In this document: one piece after another, positions 51,301-61,100 of the stretch
Layout of the letters: each line of letters opens with the position of its first letter
How positions within the stretch are numbered: position 1 is the first letter of the stretch
Origin: Methanobacteriota archaeon
GTDB taxonomy: Archaea; Thermoplasmatota; Poseidoniia; Poseidoniales; Poseidoniaceae
Assembly: GCA_002722695.1 (NCBI GenBank)
Contig: PBMS01000046.1
Location: forward strand, 1-63,118
Length of the DNA stretch: 63,118 nucleotides
Direction: 5' to 3'
The notes under the pieces: model-generated
Database searches by the model: none
The model's input: only the letters and a program-made list of their open reading frames with translations
What the model was told of the DNA's origin: nothing
Made by a program: the position numbers and the translations under genes

Positions 51301-52113
51301 TCATTTGAGCGGCTTGTTGGGCGCCGTGGTTTCGGTGGCTTCTTGCCCGATGTAGTGCGAAAAGTCTGGCCCGTTTTGTGCGGAAATCCTCAGGTCGCCC
51401 GTGAAGATCTCGTCGATGTAATAGAGAACGGTGGACTCTGCGATGTGAGGGGCGTTGTTCTTCTCACTCAAGTGCGTAAGCGTGATGCTACGGGTTTGTT
51501 CGGTGCACACTTCGGCGAGGAATTCCCCGGTCTGTTGATTTGAGAGGTGGCCACCTCGTCCTGAAATGCGGTCCTTAAGTGAATACGGATAGGGTCCATG
51601 CATCAGCTTGTTGTGGTCGTAATTGGATTCGATGGAGATGTGCTCGCATCCTCTGACGTGGGCGATGAGTTCGTCGGTCCAAGAGCCCAAGTCGGTGATG
51701 ATGGCAGCACGCTCACCGCCATGGCTCGCCACGAACGCCACGTTGTCGGAGCCAGCGTGAGGAACGGGTACGGGAAGAACGGCAAGGTCCTCGCCAACAC
51801 GGACCAAGTCCAGCGCCTCAAAATGGGTCGTGAGTTCGGGCACGAGGTCCAGTTCGAGAGCCGTTCGCTCGTTGGCGAGAACGGGAATGTTCCACTTGGT
51901 TTGAACGAGTTTCGCACCGCCGCCGTGATCGCCGTGGTGGTGGGTGATGAACACGCAGTCTATGTCCTCCGGCGTAAGCTGCAGTCGGGCCAGTCGCTTA
52001 GCGAGTTGGGTCCCGCTGAACCCCTGATCGATGAGGACTTTTGCACGAGGGGTTTCAAGCAAGGTCGAGTTCCCTCGACTGCCCGTTCCCAAATGCGTGA
52101 TGGTCATCGTCAT
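51301..52113 (-). CDS. MBL-fold metallo-hydrolase (YycJ/WalJ-like)
   Basis: ITHLGTGSRGNSTLLE....VLIDQG, the Zn motif ITHHHGDHGGG, VPHAGSDNVAF, SNYDHNKLMHGPYPYSLKDRISGRGGHLSN. No signal peptide or TM is present. The start was trimmed from TTG 52170 to ATG 52113. Confidence 0.85.
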   Translation of the reverse strand: MTMTITHLGTGSRGNSTLLETPRAKVLIDQGFSGTQLAKRLARLQLTPEDIDCVFITHHHGDHGGGAKLVQTKWNIPVLANERTALELDLVPELTTHFEALDLVRVGEDLAVLPVPVPHAGSDNVAFVASHGGERAAIITDLGSWTDELIAHVRGCEHISIESNYDHNKLMHGPYPYSLKDRISGRGGHLSNQQTGEFLAEVCTEQTRSITLTHLSEKNNAPHIAESTVLYYIDEIFTGDLRISAQNGPDFSHYIGQEATETTAPNKPLK

Positions 52114-52237
52114 GCGAACATCGGTCCTTGGACGCGGGAAGGACTTGAACACACCGCCTGTGGCCTTCAAGAAGGAGCCGTTTCCGAGGGTTTGTTGGCG
52201 AACTCAACACCGATTTGTATGAACATTGTTCCATCAC

Positions 52238-52247
52238 CCTCATAAGC
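52238..52247 (+). promoter_or_regulatory. candidate TATA box (CCTCATAAGC) for the TSP3 giant gene
   Basis: This is an identical decamer to the one at nt 217-226. It lies about 58 nt upstream of the ATG at 52302, which itself has a GGTGAG SD. Confidence 0.3.
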
Positions 52248-52301
52248 AATTTGAGCAAGGTGAAAAGAGAGCAGGGCTCAGCCTTTGCCGACGGTGAGTT
52301 C

Positions 52302-55300
52302 ATGCGACGAAGTCAAACGACCATCCTGACCACCTTGGCCGTCATCGCCAGCCTTCTCTTCATGTCCCAATTCCCCGCCATCTCAAGCGTCTCCAACATT
52401 CACCCTGACGATACGGACGGTACGCCCCCGCCCAACACCGATACGGACGGCGATTTGATCCCAGACGTTCACGAAACGTTGTTTGAACAATGGACGAACT
52501 GGACGGCCGTCGACGGTCGAGACGTGGTCATGCAGGGTCTGGACAAGAACAACGCCTCGGATGCCTCCACCGACCGAGACCGGGATGGATTGAACGCAAC
52601 CGAAGAGTTCTGTTGGCCCTACCCCGCCAACTGCACAGATCCCGGGTTTCCGCGAGGACTCACGGGCCAACTCGATGAAAACAGCAATCGAATCTACCTC
52701 GACCCGAGGGTTTCTGACACCGACGGAGACGGCATGCCCGATGGATACGAAGCGTACATGTGCCAGCGAATGGGTGGGTTTGACCCGGTCGCCCTCCGCT
52801 TTTCTTGTCCTTCGTTCGATCCGTTGAACGCAAGCGACCTCACCTTGGACAGCGATAACGACGGATTTGACGTGGACCGGGATGGCATCATGAGCGATGC
52901 AGAGCGCTACACGGCTCCAGAGGAATACGCCTATGGCACACCAATGAATTTCACGGCGGAACTCGATGGTCTGTGGTGTCATGCCACCCTGCCCGAGGGT
53001 TCAGTGCTGAAGAGTTGGCCCTATTTACCGTCCGGCGCCAACGCAACCTTCCACAACCTGCTCGAAGCGTGCACCAATCGTGCAGTGAATACGGTGGGTG
53101 AAGACCTCTGGCTCGGCACCGATCCTCTCCTTGACGATTCGGACCGTTACCTGTGGGACGGCTTTTCAATCCGGTCCCTGTACCCATCGTTCGGCGATGG
53201 TATCCCCGACGGATGGGAGGTCCATTTTGGCCTCAACCCACTGAACCGATCCAACGCACTTGACGATCCCGACCGAGACGGGTGGGACGCCAATCGTGAC
53301 GGCGGTGTTTCAGACGATGTTTCTCGAACATTGACCGCCCTGAAAGTGGGTGAAGCCCTCTCCACGCTTGAGGAATACCTGGTGTATTACGACGAAGGCA
53401 ACACCGTGTACCCCGGATTGAAGTCCACCACGGTGGGCAACTCGGACGAATTTACGACCGTGCCGCTCATCTACGACACCCCGCAAGACGTGATGTCCAT
53501 CATGCACCACGATGTGCGGGCTCTGGAAGAACACGACGGGACCCTCTACGCCATGACCAAATACGGCGTCAGCGTTCTTGGATTGGACGACAACACGCAA
53601 AGCCATCACATGCTTCCACAGGGCGTTCTGCTCCACGATGGATTCCTCGCCACGTCCGACGGGTCGCCGTACGCCGCCGTTCTTGGGACGAGCATCGGTT
53701 TTGCCGTGGTGCCCTTGCTGGCGGACGGGGCCCTCGGTTCCATCGGCACGTGGGACTGGTCGCTCACCGGTCCGCTCCACGCCGTTGCACCGCTTGCAGG
53801 GGAGGATGTGAACCTCCACGCCATCGGGCTGGGGCAAGCAGGTGAAGGCAGCATCGTTGAAATCGACGGCAGTGCCTCCATCGTCTCCGCCTTCGAACTC
53901 GGAACGGGGCTGGTCGCCGGTCTGGCTGAGGCCAACGCATCCGTGTCGTCCATTCAGCATGGTCTGGTGAGCGGCACCACGTTCAACCTCTTCGTGGGTA
54001 CAGACCGGGGCTTGTTCATTCTCGAGACGTCCTCTGCTCGAGACGACGAAGTGGGTGAATGGCGATTTTTCTACACGCCGGAGAGCACACCAATCCAGAC
54101 CAATGTGGACGAAGTCCGCAGTTTGCCGTTGGGGGCAACCGGGAACCCCGCTGAAATCCGCGACATGGTTCTTGACGGCCCGTCGCCCTCCAACGCCCAA
54201 GCCTTGTGGTTCGGGACACCCTCGGGTCTGCACAAGTTGGATTTGAACGACGACTTCATTGAACACGGCGGGCTCATGGTTCACCCGGGCGTCGAGGGTA
54301 AGTTGTCCAGAGAAACCAACAGCATCCATTCCATTCATCCAACAGGTGATGAACTCCTCGTCGGTTCCGAGTGGGGGTTGTGGGCGCTGGCGGGAGACTA
54401 CACCGCTGTCTACGGCCTCCAGGACCAAACCCGACTCCCCGGCCAAATCACCGCCGTCGCAACCTCGGTCGAAGAAGGCAACGTTACGGTGTTTGGCGCA
54501 GCCTCCCCGGGTCAATTTGCCAATCTTCAACTCATGGATCCCGGCGCCAACGATTCGGACGCTGACGGCATGCCCGACGGGTGGGAGGTGGTTCACGGTT
54601 TGGACCCGACCGACCCGTGGGATGCGCTGTACGACAACGACGCTGACGGCTTGGATCTCGATCAGTCGGGCGACATGAACCTTGAGCGACTGTGGACCAA
54701 CCTCGACGAGTACAGGTACACCAAAATGACGCCTGAAGGCTACAACTCCACCGACCCGCGTGATGGCGACACCGACGGCGACGGTGTCGGCGACGGTGCG
54801 GAATACTACGGCTTCTTTTTCGAGCAGAGTAACCTTTGGTGCCACTACACGGTTCAGATGGCCTACGTGTGCGATTCGGTCAAAGGTGAGGCCGCCAACG
54901 CCACCTATCTCGCTCAAGCGAACGTGGACACTGCCACCGATCCGACCAACGAAGACACCGACGGCGACGGCATGCCCGACGGATGGGAAATTCAACATCG
55001 GCGCTGGATTGGCGACGCCTTCACGGGCGGCAACAACTGGAGTCTTGATCCGCTTCGACCCGAGGACGCGAACTGGGACGCTGACGGCGACGGTCTGCCC
55101 AACCTGTGCGAATACCAGTGGTCCGTCGTCCGCCTCATGGGCATCAACGGCGACTTGCTGGAACTCTATGGCGAGTCCCCTGAGGCAGCTGAAGCGTGGT
55201 CGGTTGCGGATCCAAACCTCATCGATTCGGACGGGGACACCTTGCCCGACGGATGGGAATCCAAAGGGCTCTGCTCGTGGGATCCCTCCCGAATCGGAGT

Positions 55301-58052
55301 GAATCCACTCAACGGTTCAGACGCCTTCGAGAACCCCGACGGGGACGGCTATGACGTGAACAGAGACGGCGTTCTCTCGGAGGATGAAGCCTTCGTAAAC
55401 TACCTTGAGTACCACATCCGAACGGATTTGTTCAGTGGAAACACGACGCTGGAAGGCGTCCCGCTTCCGTCGAACTTCACCACAACGCTGTTCGATAACA
55501 TTGGAGATTTGGGTGCACCCGACGACACCTTTGCCGACCGCGCATCGGGGTCGGTGACCGCCGGTCTTTCGACGTACAGCATCGGCGCTGCCGATCCGCT
55601 CAGCGCCGATACCGACGACGACGGCATGCCCGACGGATGGGAGATTTGGTACGCTCGCTGGAACCTATTGGACGATGCTTGGACGCTCAATCCTTTGGAC
55701 TCAACGGACCGTTGGCAGGACGCCGACGACGACGGCATGACCAACTGGGAAGAGTACAACGTGATCTCTCCATCGTATTCTGAAACCGACAACAACCGCT
55801 CTTCGCCCCAGTGGTTTGTGACCACCATCGGTACGGCCTTTGCCCTCCAGCAGTGGCCCGGCATTCCCACAACGGCCTCCTTTGGCGACTTCTTGACCGA
55901 AAATCAAACCAACCTGACCGGTCTCACGGCCGACCCCAACAACGTTGACACCGACGGCGACGGCATGTTGGACGGTGTTGAATTGCTCTTCACGGCATGG
56001 AACGTGACGGCTGCCACGTGGACGCTCAATCCTTTGGTGGCCGGAGACGGTGATTTCGACGGTGATGAGGACGGTCTCATCGACCGCCAGGAGTTTGCGC
56101 TTGCCTCGGAACAACCCGACAACGGCATGGAGCATCCAAGCGATGCTCCGTTGCTCCACGTGGACGGTGACTTCCAACAGCCCACCGAGAAAGCGCAGCG
56201 AGTGTTCAACATTCTCATCTCCAAAGAGACACGAGGGAAACGCTTGCTCAACGACTTCAATGCGTGGCAGCAAGGGGAACCGCCCAACGCCTTCATTTCG
56301 GTTGTCTTGGGCATGTCCGACCCGACCATCCCCGACACGGACGGCGACGGCATGTACGACGGGTTCGAGTACTGGTTTACGTCGTGGGACCTCGACCAGA
56401 ACCGGTGGTCCATCAACCCCCTGATCGACGGCGATGTCAACCTCGACTCCGACGGTGACAGTTTCGACTGCAACGGTGATGGGGAAATCGACGCCAACGA
56501 GACGTTCAGCAATCTGCGCGAATGGGAATCGAGAACGTGGGGCAAATTCCTCAATCGGAACACGGTCCCCGCAAGTTTGGGCATCATCGACTTCGGTGAA
56601 GACGCCATGGCTGCCTATCAGGAAGAACTGGGCTTTACACCGCTCCAAGCCCAGCAGGCGCTGTATCAGGACTTCGTAAAGAAGGGTCAATCGTCCGTTG
56701 ACCGCATGGACAAAATTAATTCCCTGGAAAACGATAACTTCAATCGCAGTCTGCGTGGCGTGGCCGACCCTACTCACTCCGATTCTGACAGCGACGGTAT
56801 CCCTGACGGCTGGGAATACTGTTACGCCATCTACGGCATGGACGATCCGACCACCATCAACCACTGGGCGGCCAACCCTCTGAACCCGTGGGACGCCAAC
56901 TACGACGGCGATCGAGACGGATGGTACGATCGTACGAGCTTCGACATACCCGCAACACAAGGAAGTTGGGAAGACCGAGTCTTCACGCCTTCCGGTGTGG
57001 TCGTGCAAAACGGGGTGGGAGATCTTCCCTTTACCAACTTCATGGAGTACGACAACCAAACCCGTCCGGACCTCAACGACAGCGACGAGGACAGTCGCAC
57101 CTTCATCACCACGGTGGAGAACGGCGCTGTGGTGTCCCACGTGCGCGATTACAACTATTCCGACGGTCGCGAGGTGTTCAAGTACGGGTCAAACCCAAGT
57201 GACAACGACTCCGATGGCGACATGTTGCCCGATTGGTACGAGTACAAGATGGGTTGGAACGAAAGCAACGACAATTTCAGTTCCTACATCGACATTCGAG
57301 TGGTTTGGATCGACGTCGCGACCGGGGGCTCATGCACGACGGACACGAATTCGTGTTTACCGCTGTCCCAAGACGGTTCGGGCGGAACACTCGCACGACC
57401 GGACACGGAGTTTACGTGGTTCACTTTGGACCCGGCTGACCCGAACGACGCCAACGAAGACCCCGATCAGGACGGGAATTGGGACTGTTCGGGGGCAGGA
57501 TGCAACTACGAAGCCTACACCAATTTCCAAGAGTTTTACGCCATCACCACCAGCGATTATTCCTCGCCCAACGCCGTGCGTTTGAGCGGTCTCACTCACG
57601 ACGGCATGCCGGTCTCGGAAGGGTGGCAATTTAGAGCCTCCATTCTCGGTCTTGGCCAGTCCAATGAACTTGTCCTGAATTATCTGAAGATCGACAAATT
57701 TGGAGGCCCAGACAATCAGTACGCCTACATCGTCGACGACAAGGATACCAACTACTTGATCGTGGACGCCTCGGATGACGTGGTCTTGATGGCGGGCAAC
57801 CGCACCGATGCGTGGGACATCTATTACGCCGGGTCCCCGGGTACGCCACCGGTTCGAGACGTGGGCGAGCACGAGTACGGCTGGTACCTGCTCGACTTTG
57901 ATGACGATCATCTTGCTGAAGGGAGCAACCCAAAGAATTGGGACACGGACGGCGATTGGATGAACGATTGGTTTGAGGTGAGGGACGATGAGGAAGACGG
58001 TGTTCGCGGCGATTCTTCACCCATTCGCTACGACTCTCGTCAAACCAGTTGA
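52302..58052 (+). CDS. giant secreted protein with more than 20 thrombospondin type-3-like Ca-binding repeats flanking a propeller-like core
   Basis: Signal peptide MRRSQTTILTTLAVIASLLFMSQFPAISS. It has many D.D.DG.PDGWE units (DTDGDGMPDGYE, DSDADGMPDGWE, DTDGDGMPDGWE, DTDDDGMPDGWE, DTDGDGMLDGVE, DTDGDGMYDGFE, DSDSDGIPDGWE, DSDGDMLPDWYE...). The central region at about 53500-54530 carries Reg_prop-like strands (LFVGTDRGLFILE, LWFGTPSGLHKLD, LLVGSEWGLWAL). There is no C-terminal TM. Confidence 0.88.
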   Translation: MRRSQTTILTTLAVIASLLFMSQFPAISSVSNIHPDDTDGTPPPNTDTDGDLIPDVHETLFEQWTNWTAVDGRDVVMQGLDKNNASDASTDRDRDGLNATEEFCWPYPANCTDPGFPRGLTGQLDENSNRIYLDPRVSDTDGDGMPDGYEAYMCQRMGGFDPVALRFSCPSFDPLNASDLTLDSDNDGFDVDRDGIMSDAERYTAPEEYAYGTPMNFTAELDGLWCHATLPEGSVLKSWPYLPSGANATFHNLLEACTNRAVNTVGEDLWLGTDPLLDDSDRYLWDGFSIRSLYPSFGDGIPDGWEVHFGLNPLNRSNALDDPDRDGWDANRDGGVSDDVSRTLTALKVGEALSTLEEYLVYYDEGNTVYPGLKSTTVGNSDEFTTVPLIYDTPQDVMSIMHHDVRALEEHDGTLYAMTKYGVSVLGLDDNTQSHHMLPQGVLLHDGFLATSDGSPYAAVLGTSIGFAVVPLLADGALGSIGTWDWSLTGPLHAVAPLAGEDVNLHAIGLGQAGEGSIVEIDGSASIVSAFELGTGLVAGLAEANASVSSIQHGLVSGTTFNLFVGTDRGLFILETSSARDDEVGEWRFFYTPESTPIQTNVDEVRSLPLGATGNPAEIRDMVLDGPSPSNAQALWFGTPSGLHKLDLNDDFIEHGGLMVHPGVEGKLSRETNSIHSIHPTGDELLVGSEWGLWALAGDYTAVYGLQDQTRLPGQITAVATSVEEGNVTVFGAASPGQFANLQLMDPGANDSDADGMPDGWEVVHGLDPTDPWDALYDNDADGLDLDQSGDMNLERLWTNLDEYRYTKMTPEGYNSTDPRDGDTDGDGVGDGAEYYGFFFEQSNLWCHYTVQMAYVCDSVKGEAANATYLAQANVDTATDPTNEDTDGDGMPDGWEIQHRRWIGDAFTGGNNWSLDPLRPEDANWDADGDGLPNLCEYQWSVVRLMGINGDLLELYGESPEAAEAWSVADPNLIDSDGDTLPDGWESKGLCSWDPSRIGVNPLNGSDAFENPDGDGYDVNRDGVLSEDEAFVNYLEYHIRTDLFSGNTTLEGVPLPSNFTTTLFDNIGDLGAPDDTFADRASGSVTAGLSTYSIGAADPLSADTDDDGMPDGWEIWYARWNLLDDAWTLNPLDSTDRWQDADDDGMTNWEEYNVISPSYSETDNNRSSPQWFVTTIGTAFALQQWPGIPTTASFGDFLTENQTNLTGLTADPNNVDTDGDGMLDGVELLFTAWNVTAATWTLNPLVAGDGDFDGDEDGLIDRQEFALASEQPDNGMEHPSDAPLLHVDGDFQQPTEKAQRVFNILISKETRGKRLLNDFNAWQQGEPPNAFISVVLGMSDPTIPDTDGDGMYDGFEYWFTSWDLDQNRWSINPLIDGDVNLDSDGDSFDCNGDGEIDANETFSNLREWESRTWGKFLNRNTVPASLGIIDFGEDAMAAYQEELGFTPLQAQQALYQDFVKKGQSSVDRMDKINSLENDNFNRSLRGVADPTHSDSDSDGIPDGWEYCYAIYGMDDPTTINHWAANPLNPWDANYDGDRDGWYDRTSFDIPATQGSWEDRVFTPSGVVVQNGVGDLPFTNFMEYDNQTRPDLNDSDEDSRTFITTVENGAVVSHVRDYNYSDGREVFKYGSNPSDNDSDGDMLPDWYEYKMGWNESNDNFSSYIDIRVVWIDVATGGSCTTDTNSCLPLSQDGSGGTLARPDTEFTWFTLDPADPNDANEDPDQDGNWDCSGAGCNYEAYTNFQEFYAITTSDYSSPNAVRLSGLTHDGMPVSEGWQFRASILGLGQSNELVLNYLKIDKFGGPDNQYAYIVDDKDTNYLIVDASDDVVLMAGNRTDAWDIYYAGSPGTPPVRDVGEHEYGWYLLDFDDDHLAEGSNPKNWDTDGDWMNDWFEVRDDEEDGVRGDSSPIRYDSRQTS
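52716..56369 (+). repeat. dispersed near-identical 36-nt DNA repeats encoding D-T-D-G-D-G-M-P-D-G-W-E
   Basis: Copies are at 52716-52751, 54552-54587, 54954-54989, 55608-55643, 55947-55982 and 56334-56369. They share the core GACACCGACGGCGACGGCATG(CCC/TTG/TAC)GACGG. Confidence 0.8.
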
Positions 58053-58114
58053 TGTCTCGGAGGCACCGACTCCAAACCGCATGGTTCAAATGGGGTTTGA
58101 GGCGTGTTGGCTCC

Positions 58115-61100
58115 ATGCAAGGCGGCGAACAGCAACGGTTCAGCGCCAAAGTTGTTTTTTTGTTGCTCGTCTCCGTCATGGCTCTGACGCCGCTTGGACC
58201 CATGGCAGGGCTCTTCGCCTCAGAGGCCGAAGCCGCTGCTGGGACGCGCCACGTCTACGAATTCAGCGACGGTTCGCTGGAGCACATCGCACTCTATCAG
58301 GGCGCAAACCCCGACATGGGCGCCAGCGTGTCCCTGCCGAGAGGTGCAATGGTCACCGATGTGAGCATGACGCTCTCAGGAGCGTCAGCAACCGGTTGGT
58401 CTCAGGTCGTCGCTGACGATCGAGTTCACTGGAATCGAGGTGTCGCTTCGAACGCCGATGCCCGTTCAGGCGATCTGACCCTTGCAATGGACAACGTAAG
58501 CCGCAATTTCATTCCTCACGGCAACGATGCCTACGTGGACACGAACTCCAACGCCTGGCTTGACAACGGTTCCTACGCCTTGCGTCAACCTCACACCAGC
58601 AACGCCACAGAGGCGCTGTTTTCACAACAATTGACCAAAACATCCTCGAGTTTCATGGCGCAAAGTCAGGGCGCCATACTCAAGCATCATGACTGGCTGT
58701 TCTTGTCAACGTGGTCCTCGTCAACGTTCCACAACATCGTGGAGCGACTGTATCCCAACAACGCCACGCGCGAATCGGTCATCACCTTGGACAAGGCGTC
58801 GTGCACGCTGCCCCAGAAGCATTCATCCTCGTATTACGCCTATTACGGCTTCCGAGACTGGACGGTGACCGATGACGAACGGTTGTTCGGCATCCTCTCC
58901 GGCTATCGTTACACCTACGGCTCCAACGCACCGGTGAACTACCATCGCGTCATGGAGATGGACATCTCGCGAGACGACACGTGGACCTGCATCGATTCGT
59001 ACGACATCTCACCCTCGGTTGGTGAATACACAGGCATCGCTTACGATCGTCAAACGGACAAGGTGTGGGTGGCGCACAACGCCATGAACCGACTCTATGC
59101 GTACGACTTTGCAGGCGACGGTACGTCGACCTACACCCGCAGCCCTGATTTCTACAGCTACACCTCCGCCTCCGGCTCAAGTTGGGAATGCGGCGGCACC
59201 TACGGCAGCAGCACCAAACAAATGCTTCGAGGCTTGGAGGTCAACGGCTCCACGTTTTACATGCGCTGCCAAGAGGATTCGCCCTACAACGACCGCGATC
59301 AAATCGAAGCTTGGTCGGTTTCAGGCTCGTCCTCGGCGCTGATTCCCGAGTCGACCACTCGTCAGATTTCGCGGCTCGGCTACGGCCTGCACTTTGACGG
59401 TGAGCGCTTTGTCACGGTTGATTGTGGCTATTCAACCTGGTCGGGAGCAACCTTGTACTACCGCGAATTTGGAACGGGATGGATGTACGAAACGACCCCC
59501 GCTCCCGGCACCACCACATGGTACGGTGAAGTGGTCCATTCTGGCGAAGACGTGCTGTCGGCCAATGTGGAAACCTATTGGTCGGCAGCGTCCGTTGGCG
59601 ATCGTGTTGACTACTGGATTTCAGCCGACAACGGCACGCATTGGGAAGAGGTGGAATCCGAGTCCACCATTCACTTCGATTACCCCGGCAACGAACTTGT
59701 CTGGAAGGCTCAGCTCATCGGTTCCACCGCCGTGTCGTGGTGGGTTGACATCGAGTACGCCACCGACTACCAGACAAGCGGCGACTGGACATCACCTCCC
59801 TTCAACACCGGTACCAAGGTTGGCAAGGTTCGACCGCAGTGGACGGCCGATGTACCAAGTCAAACCACACTTGTTGTCATGGTTTCCAACGACAACGGGA
59901 CCACGTGGTTAGCCGCCACCAACAATCAGGAAACGAGTTTCTCGACGGAAGCGGCTGGCAACACCCTTCAGTACTTCATCCAGTATCAGAGCACCGATGT
60001 GGACATCACGCCCAGCATTGACCGGTTCGTGCTCGAATACGAGGAAGGCTACCCCGACCGACCCATGTTGGACGTCGGAGGCGATGGCACGTACGATTGG
60101 GAATCGGATATTTTCCTCAACGAATCCGCTGTTGTGGCTTCCGATGACTCTCCAGTCGGCGTGATTGTGAAGTCAGCCCCCACGCTGGTCGACGCGTTTA
60201 ACGACCACGTTCCTGAAAACGGCGACGGCATGGTTGACATACCCATCGGGGTCAAGGCGGCCAGTTCGGGGCGCGTCAAGATTTCAAACATTGACATCAC
60301 GTACGCCATGCTGACCCGTGCTGTGGACGCATCGTTCGAAGGAGGTCTGGCGGCGCCCGACGGCCTGTATCGCAATTTCATAACCCGCGTGGCGCCCGGC
60401 GATGACGTCGACCACGTCAACAAAGCGGTGGTCGCCATTGAGCACACCCACGGTGTCAACCCCACCTTCACGTGGAATCGAGGGGACGTGTGTTCGGTCA
60501 ATTCCGACGCAGGTGGCATCGTGGTGTTTGACGCAGCCAACTGCACGTCAATGGAGGATGCAGACGGCATTGTTTCGATATGGATGCCCACGAAAGTGAA
60601 CTGGTCGTGGGACGATGAACGCAGCACAGAAGCCGTCATCACGGTCGAAGACGACCTTGGTGTTGCGGTGAATCAGTGGACGACCTCCGAGATGGAACTG
60701 ATCGTGGAAAACGACATCCAGCTCGACGGTCTTCGAGTCTGGGAAGAAACCGGCAGGCAACTCTTCCCCATGGATTGGGTTCGAGGAGGATTCAACATCA
60801 GCTTCAGCGGTTCGATCCATTTCCAGGACTCCCAACTCATGCCGCCCGCCGGCAGTTTTTCTCTTAGAGTGGTTGGGCAAAACGTGACCTTCGACGGTGA
60901 GCCAATTGGCGAACCAAGCGTGCTTTACGAAGAGATCAACCCCGCCTTTGGTGCGTACAACATGACGTTCACCTCGCCCATTGAATCTCAACCCGGTGGC
61001 ATGGTGTTCTACGTCCAAGCGGTGAATCTCGAGAACGGCTCCACCTACACCAACCCCAGTTACAACACCATTCGCTTGATTCTTGACGGCAACTCCCCGC

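Noticed and set aside
53310-57140. Long minus-strand ORFs 53310-54998 (562 aa) and 55701-57140 (479 aa)
   Set aside because: They are antisense shadows of the TSP3 giant. Runs of GAC/GGC codons leave the opposite strand free of stops, giving V/G/R/H-rich pseudo-proteins. They have no start context or motifs.
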